Made by a program: the position numbers and the translations under genes. From Ylistrum balloti (taxonomy: Eukaryota), in NCBI RefSeq assembly GCF_031769215.1, contig NW_026781960.1:62001-126000 (forward strand): a DNA stretch of 64,000 nucleotides. The letters run 5' to 3'. Numbering within the stretch: position 1 is the first letter of the stretch; each line of letters begins with the position of its first letter. This document shows, piece after piece, positions 36,755-51,717 of the stretch. The notes below the pieces were generated by a model. It searched no databases, was not told the DNA's origin, and saw only the letters and a program-made list of their open reading frames with translations.

Positions 36755-39362
36755 TCTCTTCTCCACTCTCAACAACTACATGTAACAACCTACACGTACG
36801 TGTATCAGAACCTCTTCTTCACTCTCAACATCTACATGTAACAACCTACACGTCCGTGTATCAGAGCCTCCTTTTCACTCTCAACATCTACATGTAACAA
36901 CCTACACGTCCGTGTATCAGAGCCTCCTTTTCACTCTCAACATCTACATGTAACAACCTACACGTCCGTGTATCAGAGCCTCTTCTTCACTCTCAACATC
37001 TACATGTAACAACCTACACGTACGTGTATCAGAGCCTCCTTTTCACTCTCAACATCTACATGTAACAACCTACACGTCCGTGTATCAGAGCATCTTCTTC
37101 ACTCTCAACATCTACATGTAACAACCTACACGTACGTGTATCAGAGCCTCTTCTTCACTCTCAACATCTACATGTAACAACCTACACGTACGTGTATCAG
37201 AGCCTCCTTTTCACTCTCAACATCTACATGTAACAACCTACACGTCCGTGTATCAGAGCCTCTTCTTCACTCTCAACATCTACATGTAACAACCTACACG
37301 TCCGTGTATCAGAGCCTCTTCTTCACTCTCAACATCTACATGTAACAACCTACACGTCCGTGTATCAGAGCCTCTTCTTCACTCTCAACATCTATATGTA
37401 ACAACCTACACGTACGTGTATTAGAGCCTCCTTTTCACTCTCAACATCTACATGTAACAACCTACACGTCCGTGTATCAGAGCCTCTTCTTCACTCTCAA
37501 CATCTACATGTAACAACCTACACGTCCGTGTATCAGAGCCTCTTCTTCACTCTCAACATCTACATGTAACAACCTACACGTACGTGTATCAGAGCCTCCT
37601 TTTCACTCTCAACATCTACATGTAAAAACCTACACGTCCGTGTATCAGAGCCTCCTTTTCACTCTCAACATCTACATGTAACAACCTACACGTCCGTGTA
37701 TCAGAGCCTCCTTTTCACTCTCAACATCTACATGTAACAACCTACACGTCCGTGTATCAGAGCCTCTTCTTCACTCTCAACATCTACATGTAACAACCTA
37801 CACGTACGTGTATCAGAGCCTCCTTTTCACTCTCAACATCTACATGTAACAACCTACACGTCCGTGTATCAGAGCCTCTTCTTCACTCTCAACATCTACA
37901 TGTAACAACCTACACGTCCGTGTATCAGAGCCTTTTCTTCACTCTCAACATCTACATGTAACAACCTACACGTACGTGTATCAGAGCCTCCTTTTCACTC
38001 TCAACATCTACATGTAACAACCTACACGTCCGTGTATCAGAGCCTCTTCTTCACTCTCAACATCTACATGTAACAACCTACACGTCCGTGTATCAGAGCC
38101 TCTTCTTCACTCTCAACATCTACATGTAACAACCTACACGTACGTGTATCAGAGCCTCCTTTTCACTCTCAACATCTACATGTAACAACCTACACGTCCG
38201 TGTATCAGAGCCTCCTTTTCACTCTCAACATCTACATGTAACAACCTACACGTCCGTGTATCAGAGCCTCCTTTTCACTCTCAACATCTACATGTAACAA
38301 CCTACACGTCCGTGTATCAGAGCCTCTTCTTCACTCTCAACATCTACATGTAACAACCTACACGTACGTGTATCAGAGCCTCCTTTTCACTCTCAACATC
38401 TACATGTAACAACCTACACGTCCGTGTATCAGAGCCTCTTCTTCACTCTCAACAACTACATGTAACAACCTACACGTACGTGTATCAGAGCCTCCTTTTC
38501 ACTCTCAACATCTACATGTAACAACCTACACGTACGTGTATCAGAGCCTCTTCTTCACTCTCAACAACTACATGTAACAACCTACACGTACGTGTATCAG
38601 AGCCTCTTCTTCACTCTCAACATCTACATGTAACAACCTACACGTCCGTGTATCAGAGCCTCTTCTCCACTCTCAACATCTACATGTAACAACCTACACG
38701 TACGTGTATCAGAGCCTCTTCTTCACTCTCAACATCTACATGTAACAACCTACACGTACGTGTATCAGAGCCTCTTCTTCACTCTCAACATCTACATGTA
38801 ACAACCTACACGTCCGTGTATCAGAGCCTCTTCTTCACTCTCAACATCTACATGTAACAACCTACACGTACGTGTATCAGAGCCTCCTTTTCACTCTCAA
38901 CATCTACATGTAACAACCTACACGTCCGTGTATCAGAGCCTCTTCTTCACTCTCAACAACTACATGTAACAACCTACACGTACGTGTATCAGAGCCTCCT
39001 TTTCACTCTCAACATCTACATGTAACAACCTACACGTACGTGTATCAGAGCCTCTTCTTCACTCTCAACAACTACATGTAACAACCTACACGTACGTGTA
39101 TCAGAGCCTCTTCTTCACTCTCAACATCTACATGTAACAACCTACACGTCCGTGTATCAGAGCCTCTTCTCCACTCTCAACATCTACATGTAACAACCTA
39201 CACGTACGTGTATCAGAGCCTCTTCTTCACTCTCAACATCTACATGTAACAACCTACACGTACGTGTATCAGAGCCTCTTCTTCACTCTCAACATCTACA
39301 TGTAACAACCTACACGTACGTGTATCAGAGCCTCTTTTCACTCTCAACATCTACATGTAACA
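36755..39362. repeat. Minisatellite, 56-bp unit, ~46 copies
   Basis: Unit CACTCTCAACATCTACATGTAACAACCTACACGTMCGTGTATCAGAGCCTCYTYTT. Confidence 0.96.
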
Positions 39363-40089
39363 TAGTTTTCGCCTGTTTCTGGTGAAATACGTTTTGTAAA
39401 CACGAGAACACTGTAGCATCATACTGAAATGAGACGGAACATTTGAGATACAGCAGACAAAATGTCATCCAATGATTTGGCTCTCAAACCTTGCGGGAGT
39501 GACCGTTTTGCTCGTAGCCGCGGCGGGTTCGCAAGGAAGACGGGCGACAGGGATTAAGTTACAGTATACGGTTCAGACATGCGTACATCAATCCCCGGTC
39601 ATCGCCGCGATGATGGGCGATAAGGATTAACTTACTGTATACGGTTCAGGAATGCGCACAGGGATTAACTTTTAATAGTAACGTTAACTGTCACACGGTT
39701 ACGATGTTTCCTTGCAGTACATATACAACGCACTTTTTTCAAGTTTAATGTTCGCGAGTTCAGCACCACACCGACCTTCTGTTAAGTCCCGTTAAGTCCT
39801 GTTTGATATTCTGTGACATACAATACGTGAAATGCGTTAAATCACCAGAGAATTAATTCACACTTTCCTCGATTGCACAGTTGTTTTCAAGTCGATGCAT
39901 TTGTGGCCCTGGCAAAAAATTAGCTGTTCGTTTCCAAGCAAAACTTGACGACAGCTCCCAGATGCACAATTTAGTGTTGATAACCACCATATAAGGACAG
40001 CTGGCAGAACCATACACGGATGAGACGCAGCGACATACCTGTGACCCGACCTGCCTGCTCATCGTATGAAAACCATGGACTTTGAAGAC

Positions 40090-41560
40090 AGTAAATAAAT
40101 ATCTATCGAACTGTATCCAAACAATGTAAAATGGCTAATGCAAGGCGTATACAGACCCCCTTGTATAACTGAAAACAAAAGTTTACATGTTGCAGAAATC
40201 TTCAACAACTTCTTAGTAAATGTAGCTAAAATTATTGGGACAACCAGACGTAATATTGACGAGGACCACCCAGGCCAGCAGGTTATGACAGAACACACAC
40301 AACAAGAAACAAAGATCACATTTAAACCAGTAGACAAAGATTTCATCACCAATTAACTATACAAAATAAATCCTAAGAAAGCTACAGGATATGACAACAT
40401 CCCACCAAAACTACTAAAATTAAGCACAACCATGATTAATTCTCACTCACTACATCTAAATTTCCAGACTCACTAAAAATAACACAAGTCAGACCACCAT
40501 AAAAAAAGAACAGCACATTTGATAAAGGAAGTTATAGTTATAGAAACTATATGCTTCCCGCCCTTTCTACGGTTTTTGAGAGATGCATGCACACACAGCT
40601 TTGTCACTTCTTTGAAGGTGTTTTTCACCCCTACTTGTCATCATGTAGGGCTGGCTATGGGTGTCAAACGGCTTTATTGGGGGTCATTGAGGACAGGTAT
40701 GTGGTATAAGACCAGCACAGTTATGTTGGTTGTATACTTGTGGATCTCTCGCCTTTGACTGTCTGCCACACAATCTCCTCCTACTCCGACAGAAATATGG
40801 ACTCTCTAACTCAGCAACATAACTTCAGACTATCTCAAACACAGGACATTAAATGTAAAATTAGGATGTCATACAGGCACTTTTCTCTCAATATACAAAG
40901 TCCCTCAATGTTCAAATTTAGACCCAATCCTCATTAATATATCCAACAACGACATCTGTCACTTTATACAACACTGCGATCTCTACAAATACGCCGACGA
41001 TTTTAGGAAATCCAAACGGCGCGACGCTAGACAACGGCGGCCAAAATTACCTAAAACTTAACCCTATTACACATACATCTTTAGACACTATAAAATCATC
41101 ACTACAAAAAGACAGCAATATAATCATATGCTGGTTCATAGACAACCACATGCAAGAAAATCCAGACACATTTCAGGGCATTGCTATTGGAAAAAAATAC
41201 AAAAAAAATATTACATTTCGATTTGGAAACACAATCAAATGTGAACCAGTAGACAGATTGTTAGGGAACACAATAAATTTTCAGTTGAATTTTCACATAC
41301 GTCTCAAACATCTGCAAAAAAGCATGTAAACAACTAAATGTGCTCAGACGAATAGGAAAACACATTAACATATTAGAACTGATCATCTATCACTGGTTCA
41401 TCTTATCAAATTTCAACTTCTGTACACTCACATGGCACTTTTGTTGCGTAACTAATACCAAAATAATTGCAAAAGTTCTAGAAAGGGCGCTCAGGTTTAT
41501 TTACAATGACCAAAACAACACATACGAACTATTACCAGGTACTTCAACTGTACTGTATAT
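40090..41560 (+). mobile_element. Decayed non-LTR retrotransposon (CR1/L2-type) reverse transcriptase
   Basis: Interrupted frames give AEIFNNFLVNVA, INPKKATGYDNIPPKLLK, LPALSTVFE, ILVDLS-AFDCLPHNLL, VPQCSNLDPILINI, LYKYADD, WFIDNHMQENPDTFQ, KQLNVLRRIGKH and KVLERALRFIYND. These are the canonical CR1/L2-clade RT motifs in order, with stops and frameshifts. Confidence 0.88.
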
Positions 41561-43324
41561 CCGGTGCCGTATTCTATTGTTCATCCAATAGCTTGTGATC
41601 GATGGTCTATTTATATAGCATCGTAGTTCAATGCCACGTAATGTGAAACGCACACGTAAAAGAATATAAAGCAATGTATTTTTATGGATATATGTGTGGC
41701 GACCTGAATGCTGAAGAAATACCTGCTAAAGACAAGGTTAAAAACAGGTGTCAGTGTTAATAGACATAACAGCGAGTCATTATCATTCGGTAGAACGTTA
41801 CAATTACTTAATACAACTGTACACCCATCATTCTATTGCGGTTACTGTATTATTATTGATTTTCGCGAGAGATTATTTTTAATGAAATCGTGGGTTCTTT
41901 TTCGAATGTACATTTCTCCGATCTATTAAGAGTAGTGAGAATAGATTCATTGAGCTATATTTATCCACGAAATCGAATGTCCACGAAATAGCGATTTTTT
42001 ATGAACATACGAATATTGAGCCTCCTGAAGGTATATGAATTTACAGTAACGAACAACGCGATAGGAATTCTATAATTCTGACTATAAACAGGATCAGTTT
42101 CTGGGAAGCAACAACAGAGGCTGATGGCATACGGAACGTGTATCCATTGAAACACTCATGTGAGAAATGTAGGTTAATTAACACGATGAGAATCACGCAG
42201 TCGTAGAGAGTTTAGTCTCGTTGACAGTGTTATATTTTGTTTAATATATAAAATGAAATTCAAAGCAAACACTTGAAGTAAAGGTTAAATAGTTCTTATC
42301 ATTCACACTAAATATTCATCATGAAGACATCAATTCTACATTCTGTTTTTTTAGTTCATGTTAGACAAGACGCCTTTTTCATTTCACCATATCTCGCCGT
42401 CCAGAAAAAAAAAGACATTTAACCATTCACGAAATTCATTTGTCATTCCACAAGATTTTACACATTCATACACATATTCACGAAGGCACATATGTTCCTT
42501 ATAGTAGAATAATGATATATAACGGAGATCCCATGTGCCTTAAAAAACATAAACATTCTCACTTTATACAGATATTATACTGTTTTGACACATTCTCGAA
42601 ATTTCCTTTATTGCCAAACAAGACGGGGAATTTTGTCAATAAAACAATCCTGATGTGCTGAATATTTTGGACAACAGCTAAACGACTGTTCAACCGATTG
42701 GTAGATCTTCAATGTTAAAATAGGTTTTAGATAGAATTACCATTCCATATCTAATTTTTAAAACAATTTCAGGTTTAGTTTTTTTCATTTAAGCTCGAAA
42801 ATAATAAAACGTCAAACAGAAACGCATTTGAGACAAGTGTTAAAACCTGGTCGATTAAGCAAGCAAATATTGTAGAACACGGTCATCCAAGTCATATCGA
42901 CTCTGTATGGGTATATATTATCTAAAGCTAATGTCATAATAGGTAATATTCCACACATTGCAATACAAAAACATGTAAAAGCAACATCTTCATTGATTGC
43001 AATCATGTAAAATAAAAACAAACTTTCTCAAGTTTACAAAACCGTAGATTTATAGTTCAATATGCCTAGCATGATTACAGGGTTTACAAAATACCAGTGC
43101 TGTACAGATATCCATAACTACATATACGACTTTTTTCATACAAAAACTAACTATAACATTACTTTTATGCTTATTTGATATAAGAACAAGTACATGCAAA
43201 TTAAAACGTGTCTTTTTCATAGAAAAGATTTTTATCAAATGCATGTAAAGAGATAGACATCCACGATTACACATGTGATGTTTTCATACAAACACTCATT
43301 TTGACACTATTTGTAAACTAAATG

Positions 43325-44450
43325 AAATCTAGGGGTCCAAAGAGCCTGCAAAGCACACTTGTATAATTTAGATATTCAGCCATTTGATAAATATTTTCAA
43401 ACATGTCAAACAATTTCTGATATAATTATTGGTTGCCGCCCTTTTCGTCCAACAGAGGTCAAATTTTCTATTCATAAAAATGGCTTCAGACCAAACTTGG
43501 ACAATATCCTTGCATGGAAGAAGGACTTTCTAGTACTTACATTTCCCTAATTGGGCCCACGCTTCCTGTCCTAGGGACCGGGATGCGCCGTTTATATAGT
43601 CCTCTTCCCACAAGAATACTACTGACCAATTCTGGGAGATATTCATTTACTCTTATAGGAGAGGTAAGATTTCAAAGAATTTGCAAAATTTGTCCTTTTA
43701 AGCCCCTCTCCTAAAGCCCATGGGAACTGAGAACCAATCTTTAAACAAGCATTGTTCCCTTCACTCAAGAATACTACTGACCAAATTTGGGCAATATCCA
43801 TTCATTCTTATAGGAGTAGTAAGATTTCAAAGAACTTCCACTTTTGGGTCCCGCCTCTAAAGAACCTGAGAATTGAGAACCATTCCTTACATAAACTTTG
43901 TTCCCCTTCCCCAAGAATACTGACCAAATTTGGGTGATTTCTAATCATTCCTAATATAGAAGTAGGAATGTAAGGAATTTCCCAAATTGGGCCCCGCGCC
44001 ACCTACTCCAGGGGACCAGAATCCATTGTTTATACAAATCTGATTCTGCTTCATCACAGATAACTTCACAGTAAATTTGAGAAATATCTATGCATACCTA
44101 AAGGAGGAGAAGGACGTTTTTTCTCCTCCCGCTCAAAGGGGCTGAGATCCTACCATTCATACAGATTTGATTCCTTCTTCACTTTGCTGCAGACTAAATG
44201 TCGGCAAAATCCAACCATTCCTAAAGCAGGAGTAGGAATTTAAAATTTGCCTTATTGGGCCCCGCCACGCCCAGTACAGTACAGCCCAGCCCAGCCCCGC
44301 AGGGCTTACCGTAGGGATGTTTCTGACCAAATTTGGTCAAAATTCTGTAAGTTGGATATGACTAGTAGCGCTTAGTGTGAAAAGTTGACGGACGGAGCAG
44401 TATGTCATGAGGAAGTTTTATCAAGTACATTTAAAGCGAAGTGAAAGAAT
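43325..44450. mobile_element. Non-autonomous Helitron/Helentron-like element with internal degenerate repeats
   Basis: Recurring CAAGAATACT(AC)TGACCAAATTTGG and GGGCCCCGC blocks at irregular spacing, with a 3' GACGGACGG tract. This resembles the satellite-containing Helentron/HINE-type elements described in bivalves. Termini were not verified. Confidence 0.5.
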
Positions 44451-44531
44451 GATGTTCTGTACAAGAGGTAGCACCGTGCTTGAATTTATCGGTAAGGGGT
44501 GAAAATAGTGAATAAACTATTAATGTCATGG

Positions 44532-47500
44532 TTATCTCCCCTGTGGTTTATAACGCATATTAACGTAACCAACATCTGCTTGAATATTAAATGATTCTGG
44601 TTTATGATCTAAAGGATGCAGTCCCAACCAGAATTTTTTGAAACCACTTTGACTTAATTGTCTATAAATGTTTAATAATTTTGGATATTCTGATTTTGCT
44701 GGCCAATCTGGAAATAGGTGATACTCCAAAGAAAACTGTTTAATCCTTGGCAACAGTCCACTCTGTAGAAGATATTCAATCACTGCCCATTCATGACCTT
44801 CCACGTCTATCTTAAGAACGTCTATATCCCGCTATAAAATAAGAACAATTCATACCACTATAAAAGTAATTAAACACGAACATATTGTATGTGTGTACTT
44901 TGAAAAGGCCTCGTATCTTGACAAAAGCGCTTGTAAACAACTACAGAAATGTAATTCGACACTAATGATAAAAAGTTCATTGGGTCTCCAAACCAACCAA
45001 CAATGTTAATGTGACTAGATGTTCTACACAATGGTATTTACATAGCCAATGTTTGAGAGTTTGATGGGACAACAATGTATTAGACTAAATGTAGTCCTTG
45101 ATATGTCACTAAAATTCAAGCTAGTTGTACTATACGAAAATCTATTTTGTTGTAAACAACTTAGAACTTTAAAATGCATCTTTTAACATGTAAGGCAAAA
45201 ACCCTGTCCGACCTCTATCGACCATTGTAAATATAGCAATGGACAAAAAAAGGATTCAATAATGGTGAAATTGACGAATGATACAGGGGCCGTATACGTG
45301 AATAGCTTTACTATTAAAAGTGTCACTGTATCTGATCTGGTTTCTTAACTCAAATGTTTCATGGATGATAAAAACAAAATTTGATGTACATCGAACGAAT
45401 TTCGAGGTTGCATAATGGTATGTTTTCATGGTTTTGATGATGGATGTCGCTCCTTTGTAATCTTCAAAAGGAGCGAATCATCCTGTGATTGGTCAGTTGT
45501 TTTTCTCCATGAACCAATCAAATTCTTTGCCTTCAATTTTGCCAATACAGAGAGCAAAAGTGATCGTAATCCCTGGAGCAATGAGAATGTTCATTCTTCG
45601 TTAAATTTTCGGTAAGACTTTTTACGACCGACATGGTCATCTCATATATAACCATTTTCCTTGTACAATGTGAAGCTGGACGTGTTTAATGGTCGTTGGT
45701 ATCCGTTGTGGTTCCACTATTTTTACACTTATTCTCATTTTGGAACGTGACATTACTTATTTAGATTTGGACAACACACTTCAGGAACATTCGTCTTAGT
45801 CTTCTTGCACGTTTTCGTGAGTCTACATGTAAATCTCTCTTTTGGTCAAATTTTGTTTTCACAAATTTGTGTTTAAATTAAGACTTCATTGACGTGTCTG
45901 TATCCCTATTGTTTTTGTTTAAATCGTTTTAATATACATATACTTGTAGACCTGTTTTTCAGACCTACAATTTGTTCTAGAACTTTAAAAAGCAATTTCT
46001 AATATGTGTTTATATCAAAATCACATAAGCATTATTAGCCCTACTCTTATTAACGTATATGCCATATTAAACTAATATATTTAAAATTTCTTTTCACCAT
46101 TCACTGTAAAGTCGTTTAATTCTAAAATACTGACCTATTTTTTAATCTCTCAAAATAAATGTTGTTTTCGATGGTTCAAATTTTACACTATGGATTCGTG
46201 AATTTTCTTTTTCGTTTCTTATAATAGGCCATGCTAATCCGGAAGTTAAGTTTGTTTCAAAACTTGAACCACCAATGGGACGTTTCCGTTGTCACATCAA
46301 TCACCTTATTAATTTGTGGGATAAGCTACTTCTCTATAAGACATTGCTATAAATTTTTGGCATGACTCCAACTGTTGTTTGAAATATTTCCACATCTGCA
46401 GCAGATAACAACGTTTAGTTGTCATGGTCGATCATTTTGCCCCTTATCTTAATGTCAGCAAACACATGTTAGCGTTAACCTTTGTCAGCTGTGAGATATA
46501 GTGTTTGCTGAGTCACAACAGATAGGTCCCAAATCCGCAGTGTCTGAAAAACCTGTTCATAAATGGCTATCAAGAAATCTTGTTTTCGGGAATATTCTTT
46601 CCAGTGGAAAGGGAATGCCACGCCCTTCTGACATGAGCTCACTATTTAATGGTATAGCGATAAGCTTGACAGCAAATAGGGGCCGAGAATAAGGTTTCGT
46701 AATCTCCCCTAATTTACAAGAAAATACACTTCCAATTGATGGCTATCATACAATTTTCTCACTCTGCGTTTTATCATTTTCGTCATTGTCTGGGCATTTA
46801 ATTGTTATCACAATAAATAAATAAATGATAGATAAATAAATAAATGCTTTCTGTTGGTCAATTTACTTACATCTTTATGTCCTAGAGCCGCCATTATTGA
46901 CCCTAGCGTCATAATCGTCCATGTTTGTTTCTCACGTACATACATATCCTTTCTCGCGTTGAAGTTTTCAATGACCTTACCACCTAGACCGATGGCATGG
47001 AAATGGACTGTAGAATTCCTAATGTAATCTTTAACTCCCATACTGAAAAATAGAGCAGGATTGATGACGATGTTTATCTAGTCTGAACATTAATCATAGG
47101 CATGTTACCATATAGTTGGTCATTTTCGCGAGGTTGATCTTTTCGCTATTTCACAGTACATCAAAATGACGGCAAAATTTTAATCCCCGAAATTATGAAA
47201 CATAGTGTAAGAAATACATTTACATCCAGATCACGAAATTTAGTTCATAAAAATGAAAGTCAATCGTTTTAAAACAAAATCGCGAAAACCTGACTTGTAA
47301 AGGTATTGTTGTAGTGAATCGATATTGAGCTATCAACATATGCTTTGAGCACGTGGTAGACATTTCAACTATTTTTTACGATATAAAAGTCTTTGGGGGA
47401 AATATATTTTGCCATTTAGTTCGATAACTTTTTAATTTCTTCTGTCGTCTCCCAGGTTACATAAGTCAGACACTTCGCATCACAAACGGGTCGAAGAATC

Positions 47501-50500
47501 ACCAAACAGCTGTATGATCCAGATTAATACATTATTTGACTCTACTTTCTCCAATTCTTAATATGCATTGTGCTGTTCATTTGTGTGTCGTATGTACAAT
47601 CTATGATATAATAAGATACCGCTACTCATATGGGGTCTTTTGATAAATAACGCTTATAATCATCCGAAAAAGGTTGCTTAAGTTGTGAATTTTCATTTTC
47701 TATACTTGGTATTTCATATAATATAGGCTGCACTTAGGTCAAATCATTGACCTACTTTAAATAAATTCAATGTGTGTAGCTTTCATACCTAACCAAAGAT
47801 AACAATGCACCACATATGAACGCACCTGGGGTCAAATGAATGCACTTCGCAACCTTGTTCAGCCATGTCGTCGTCAAAGGAAAAATCATTTCCAATCCTG
47901 AAAACAGCACATAAAAAAACAAAATAAATTAAAAAATTCATGGACACAAAAAAGTGACTAGTATGATGCGTTTACCTCAATATCAATTTTACTGCCAAGA
48001 AACGGAGAAGCGAAGTTAACGTTACAAACATATCAAATTGCACTGTCTGAGTTCATACACAATAGTTCCAATTTCGATTTGTTTTCACTAATAATTGAGT
48101 GAATTAAACGAAACGTTGAACAATTTGGATGAGATTTGTGTAGACTGCAAAACAAACATATCCATTTTATAAATTATGCAATACAGGAATAAAGAGCATT
48201 GTTTATCACATATATATACATATTGACAGTTATGATTCAGTCTTGTATCATCTTGTATCATTTCGTTACTATCTTAATTCGCTAATTCATAATTCTACAA
48301 AATTATATATTTCCAAATTGTTTACATATCATTATCAGTAAGGATTGGTTATATTAACACCCAGTGTACACGAAAAAAGTTTCGTTTTTGAGAACACGTA
48401 TTTAAACCCCATGAAAATATAGGATAGTGTAGTAACTATTATACATGTTATGTATCTGCAACGCTACAACATACATTATTGAGTTTTGTTAAATCCTTGT
48501 ATCATCTATAAATGTATCTCATGAAACAGGGTGTGGGTATTTAAAACATTTCTTAATCAGTCTATTTTTATAAACATATGACTGTGTATATATTTGAAAT
48601 AATACTCGCCGTGTCAATTCCTGAAATTTCAGTGTCGTTTTGCAGTAAGAAAATTATCTTCTTTTTGTTCTTTGTTTTGTTTTACTTATGAAAATAAATA
48701 TCCCTTCAAATATCGCAGAGGACATCACTTACCCGAATGAGTATACAAGACAGGGGTACTCTGGCAGGAATTTTCCATCTAGACACACATACCAGTTACC
48801 CATGTGAGTGGAATTTCGACAGCGGTATTCCTGTGGCCTCTTACGAAAATCTCTAAATTGGCAAGAAAGGTCATTTTCAGAAGATATAAGATTCAAGTAC
48901 ACAATGTTTTTAATACAGTCTGAAAGTTCATGTCATCTTAGCAAACATGGGTTTTAGCTTGTCTACCCATCAGCCATGACGGTCGGCAGCTACCTACCGC
49001 AAATAATTCATCATTTTGAATAAAAGATTTGTAAGCTACTTTGGATTTAAGAGTATAGTTCGACTTGGTTAAATTGCCTTGAAAATAAACAAAGAAAATA
49101 CCGACATGTCAACAGAATATTAATTCAAACTCGAATTCGATTTATTTGGCAAAAAATGTACACAGACCCATGGAAATTCAAAGGAAGAAAAGGACCAGCT
49201 GTTCTTTAAGGTAAACGTCGTCTGGTTTTTCGTGATGTACATCTCTGTCGATCTATCGCAGAAATGTCACTTTCCTAAAAGGTACGGAACCAGTAGGCAC
49301 AATAACGAGAATCAAAGCACCCGACCCCATATCGTATAACAAAATACTGGGGTGGTCGGGTGGCGCAGTGGTAACGCACTCCCCTTTCACCTAGCCGTGC
49401 AGGGTTCGATTCGAGGTACGGACTTGAAAAGGTGAGGGTCACATGTCCGACCAAGTGGATTATCTCCATAATCACCCTCAGTAAGTCTATCACAGTTAAT
49501 GTTAATTGTAAAACACGGATTCTGAACGCGAACACTGAAATTATTATCTACATTGTATAACCGTTATATACAGCGTGGGTTCTTCAATACACTGTACGTT
49601 TTTATCCCACAATTTTATACATTCACATGTAGCACCAATTAATCATGATATCAGAGACAATGTAAACTGGCTGACGGTGGCACATACCTGCGTTTAGCAG
49701 CTATTACACTTACATATCAGCGTATATTGCATTACAAAACCTCCAATGATTTGCTCTTATTCAGTGAATTAAAGATAATTGATATTTTGAATTATCAAAC
49801 TTACTCGCGTAATTTTATCCTTTGAAACACAACCTGTTATACAGTACCTAAAAACACCAATGATGAAGGAAAATGACATAACTATACTTAATTAACAACA
49901 TACAAACGTACAGTTCCAGGAACGATGCTGCCGTGAACCAGTCAGTTTGAATGATTGACTGGTTCAGGTTATATGTAGGGCGGTTTACATTGTAGTCATT
50001 TGCATGAACCGGAATGACAGGTATAGATATTGGTTTTGTTCTGTCCTTCTCGATCGTGTCTGAAGACAGCTGTTCTATACTTGCAACAGATATACCACTT
50101 TTCTCTTGTGGACAGACAACAGCTTCTGTAGAAAAAAAAATCAAAAGAACTTTTAATAACCAGAAACAGTGTTAAGATCAGTTATTGATAGGTCTAGATA
50201 AACGTGAAGCCTTCATCACGTTACAACTTGTGTCCTCATCTGTAATATACATAAATCATAATAGATTACAATACATACATCATCAAATATTTACCAGTTT
50301 AATAACACTACATCTTCTGAACGAGAAACGGGTCTACATATATAATACATTGAACAATAGATTCCAAGAAAAATCTGGAAACATTTTAGGAGTGAAAAGG
50401 CAAATCGGATCATTTGTTTTAGATGCATATTGACACATAGTATACAAGCATGTCCTTTTGTATAATGAATCCCCTCCTATGTAAGAATAAAACTTTTTCT

Positions 50501-51558
50501 TAAGTTTCTTAATCTAGAATTTTACATGTTGTAGATTCCTTGACTCAAGTGCCAACGAGAAATGATGTCGGTGTTTATTATTTAGAGTACATTAAATAAA
50601 TTTGTACACTACTAGAACAGGGGATTTTAAGGTATGTTATGAATTTTATCTATATTTTCAATATGCTGCATCATGAAAATCCGCCAATGAATATATTGAA
50701 TCTTTGTTTCAACGTATATTTCGAAAAGCTTGTGGTTTCTGATAGAAGCCTCCGCAGTACCCGTGTACAATTCAAGACAAGAACACAAAACTATGATTTG
50801 GACAGGGAAAAAACAATTGATATTATATATCTATTTATATGTTTGATTTTTTAATTCATTTTATCATTATCAACAAATAAGAAATTAACGATATAATAAG
50901 CCAGGTCATAGAGGTTTTATTCCTGGATGTCGAAAAAGCCTCACAAAATGTTTTGATCGTAAAGTCTGAGATTGTTACCATGCAGGAATTGTTTATCATC
51001 ATTATTTTTATCCTCCTCTCATAAGGAATCGTTATGTTATCTCACAGATATTGGTGTAGTTGAATATCACATGTATTATTCCCCTTTCTTACGTTTATCA
51101 ATATATAACAAGATGTAGATTGAAAAGCAGTATTGCATTAACGGATTCTGTGTCACATCTTGCATCAATATCACAATTAGAAGTGGTGTGATAGACGATT
51201 TGAATTTAACTTCTCGTTCTCCTGTCTTTGCACATGCAAAGTTGTTAATCAATATTAAGAAGATTTACCTGTATTTGTTGTGACCAGGTGAATTGATGTG
51301 CTCTAAAAACTTCACTTGTACAAGTTTAAAAAAGAAGAAGGAAAAAAACCACTTGTTGCTTCAGTAATTGTACTTACTAAAATTACCTGTAATAAATATG
51401 ATTTACTCACCTGTATTATGTGTCAGAAAACTGTTTTGTCCTTTGAATAACACTAAGTACAGCATCACCAAGAAGACACATGTTGCCAGTAAAAATTTAC
51501 TGACCGCGTTCATTGCCAACCGGGCTACAAAACAAGAAGATGGACACTGGAAACACAT
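44532..51558 (-). CDS. METTL24: Methyltransferase-like protein 24-like (FkbM/Methyltransf_22 type), membrane-anchored or secreted, 341 aa
   Basis: Exons (minus) 51558-51411, 50125-49912, 48852-48733, 47897-47826, 47042-46871, 44831-44532. All junctions are GT-AG with matching phases (1026 nt), and there is an in-frame stop upstream of the ATG. Features: TM segment KFLLATCVFLVMLYLVLF; motifs WYVCLD..PCLVYSFGIGNDFSFDDDMAEQGCEVHSFDPS, HFHAIGLG, LGHKDRDIDVLKIDVEGHEW, QFSLEYH. Confidence 0.9.
45400..45620 (-). mobile_element. Decayed coding-like dispersed repeat, probable transposon relic (second copy at ~57390-57590)
   Basis: Shares GAGC(A/G)AAAGTGATCGTAA..CCTG, (C)ATGAACCAATCAAATT/TGGAACCAATCAAATT, GATGTAC(A/C)TC(G/A)AAC and TTGCCTTCAATTTTGCCA/GTGCCTTCGATTTTGCCA with the 57.4-kb region. 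Family not identified. Confidence 0.45.
47477..47518 (+). ncRNA. Heavily degenerate hammerhead family copy
   Basis: GCATCA-CAAACGG-GTCG-AAGAA-TCAC-CAAA-CAGCTG-TA-TGAT. Spacing is identical to the array unit, the core is destroyed, and the flanks are homologous to the other copies. Confidence 0.55.
49349..49460 (+). mobile_element. tRNA-derived SINE head (Pol III box A/box B)
   Basis: Box A TGGCGCAGTGG at 49361-49371 and box B GGTTCGATTC at 49403-49412. No acceptor stem closing a cloverleaf was seen, so a SINE is more likely than a tRNA. Confidence 0.7.
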
Positions 51559-51596
51559 TGTCTATCTTGTTTTGAACAGGAGCAAAGTCATAATAT

Positions 51597-51628
<32 letters not shown>

Positions 51629-51717
51629 TAGCGTTCCTTAAATTGTACAAAAACAAACAAACAAATAGCATTTTAATGCATTTTAGAATTAGAAGTGCCA
51701 AATAATTTATTAAACTC

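Noticed and set aside
31769-39362. CRISPR-like regular repeats
   Set aside because: Units are head-to-tail with no unique spacers, there are no cas genes, and the context is eukaryotic.
49349-49425. Possible tRNA gene
   Set aside because: Boxes A and B are present but no complete cloverleaf or acceptor stem; treated as a SINE head.
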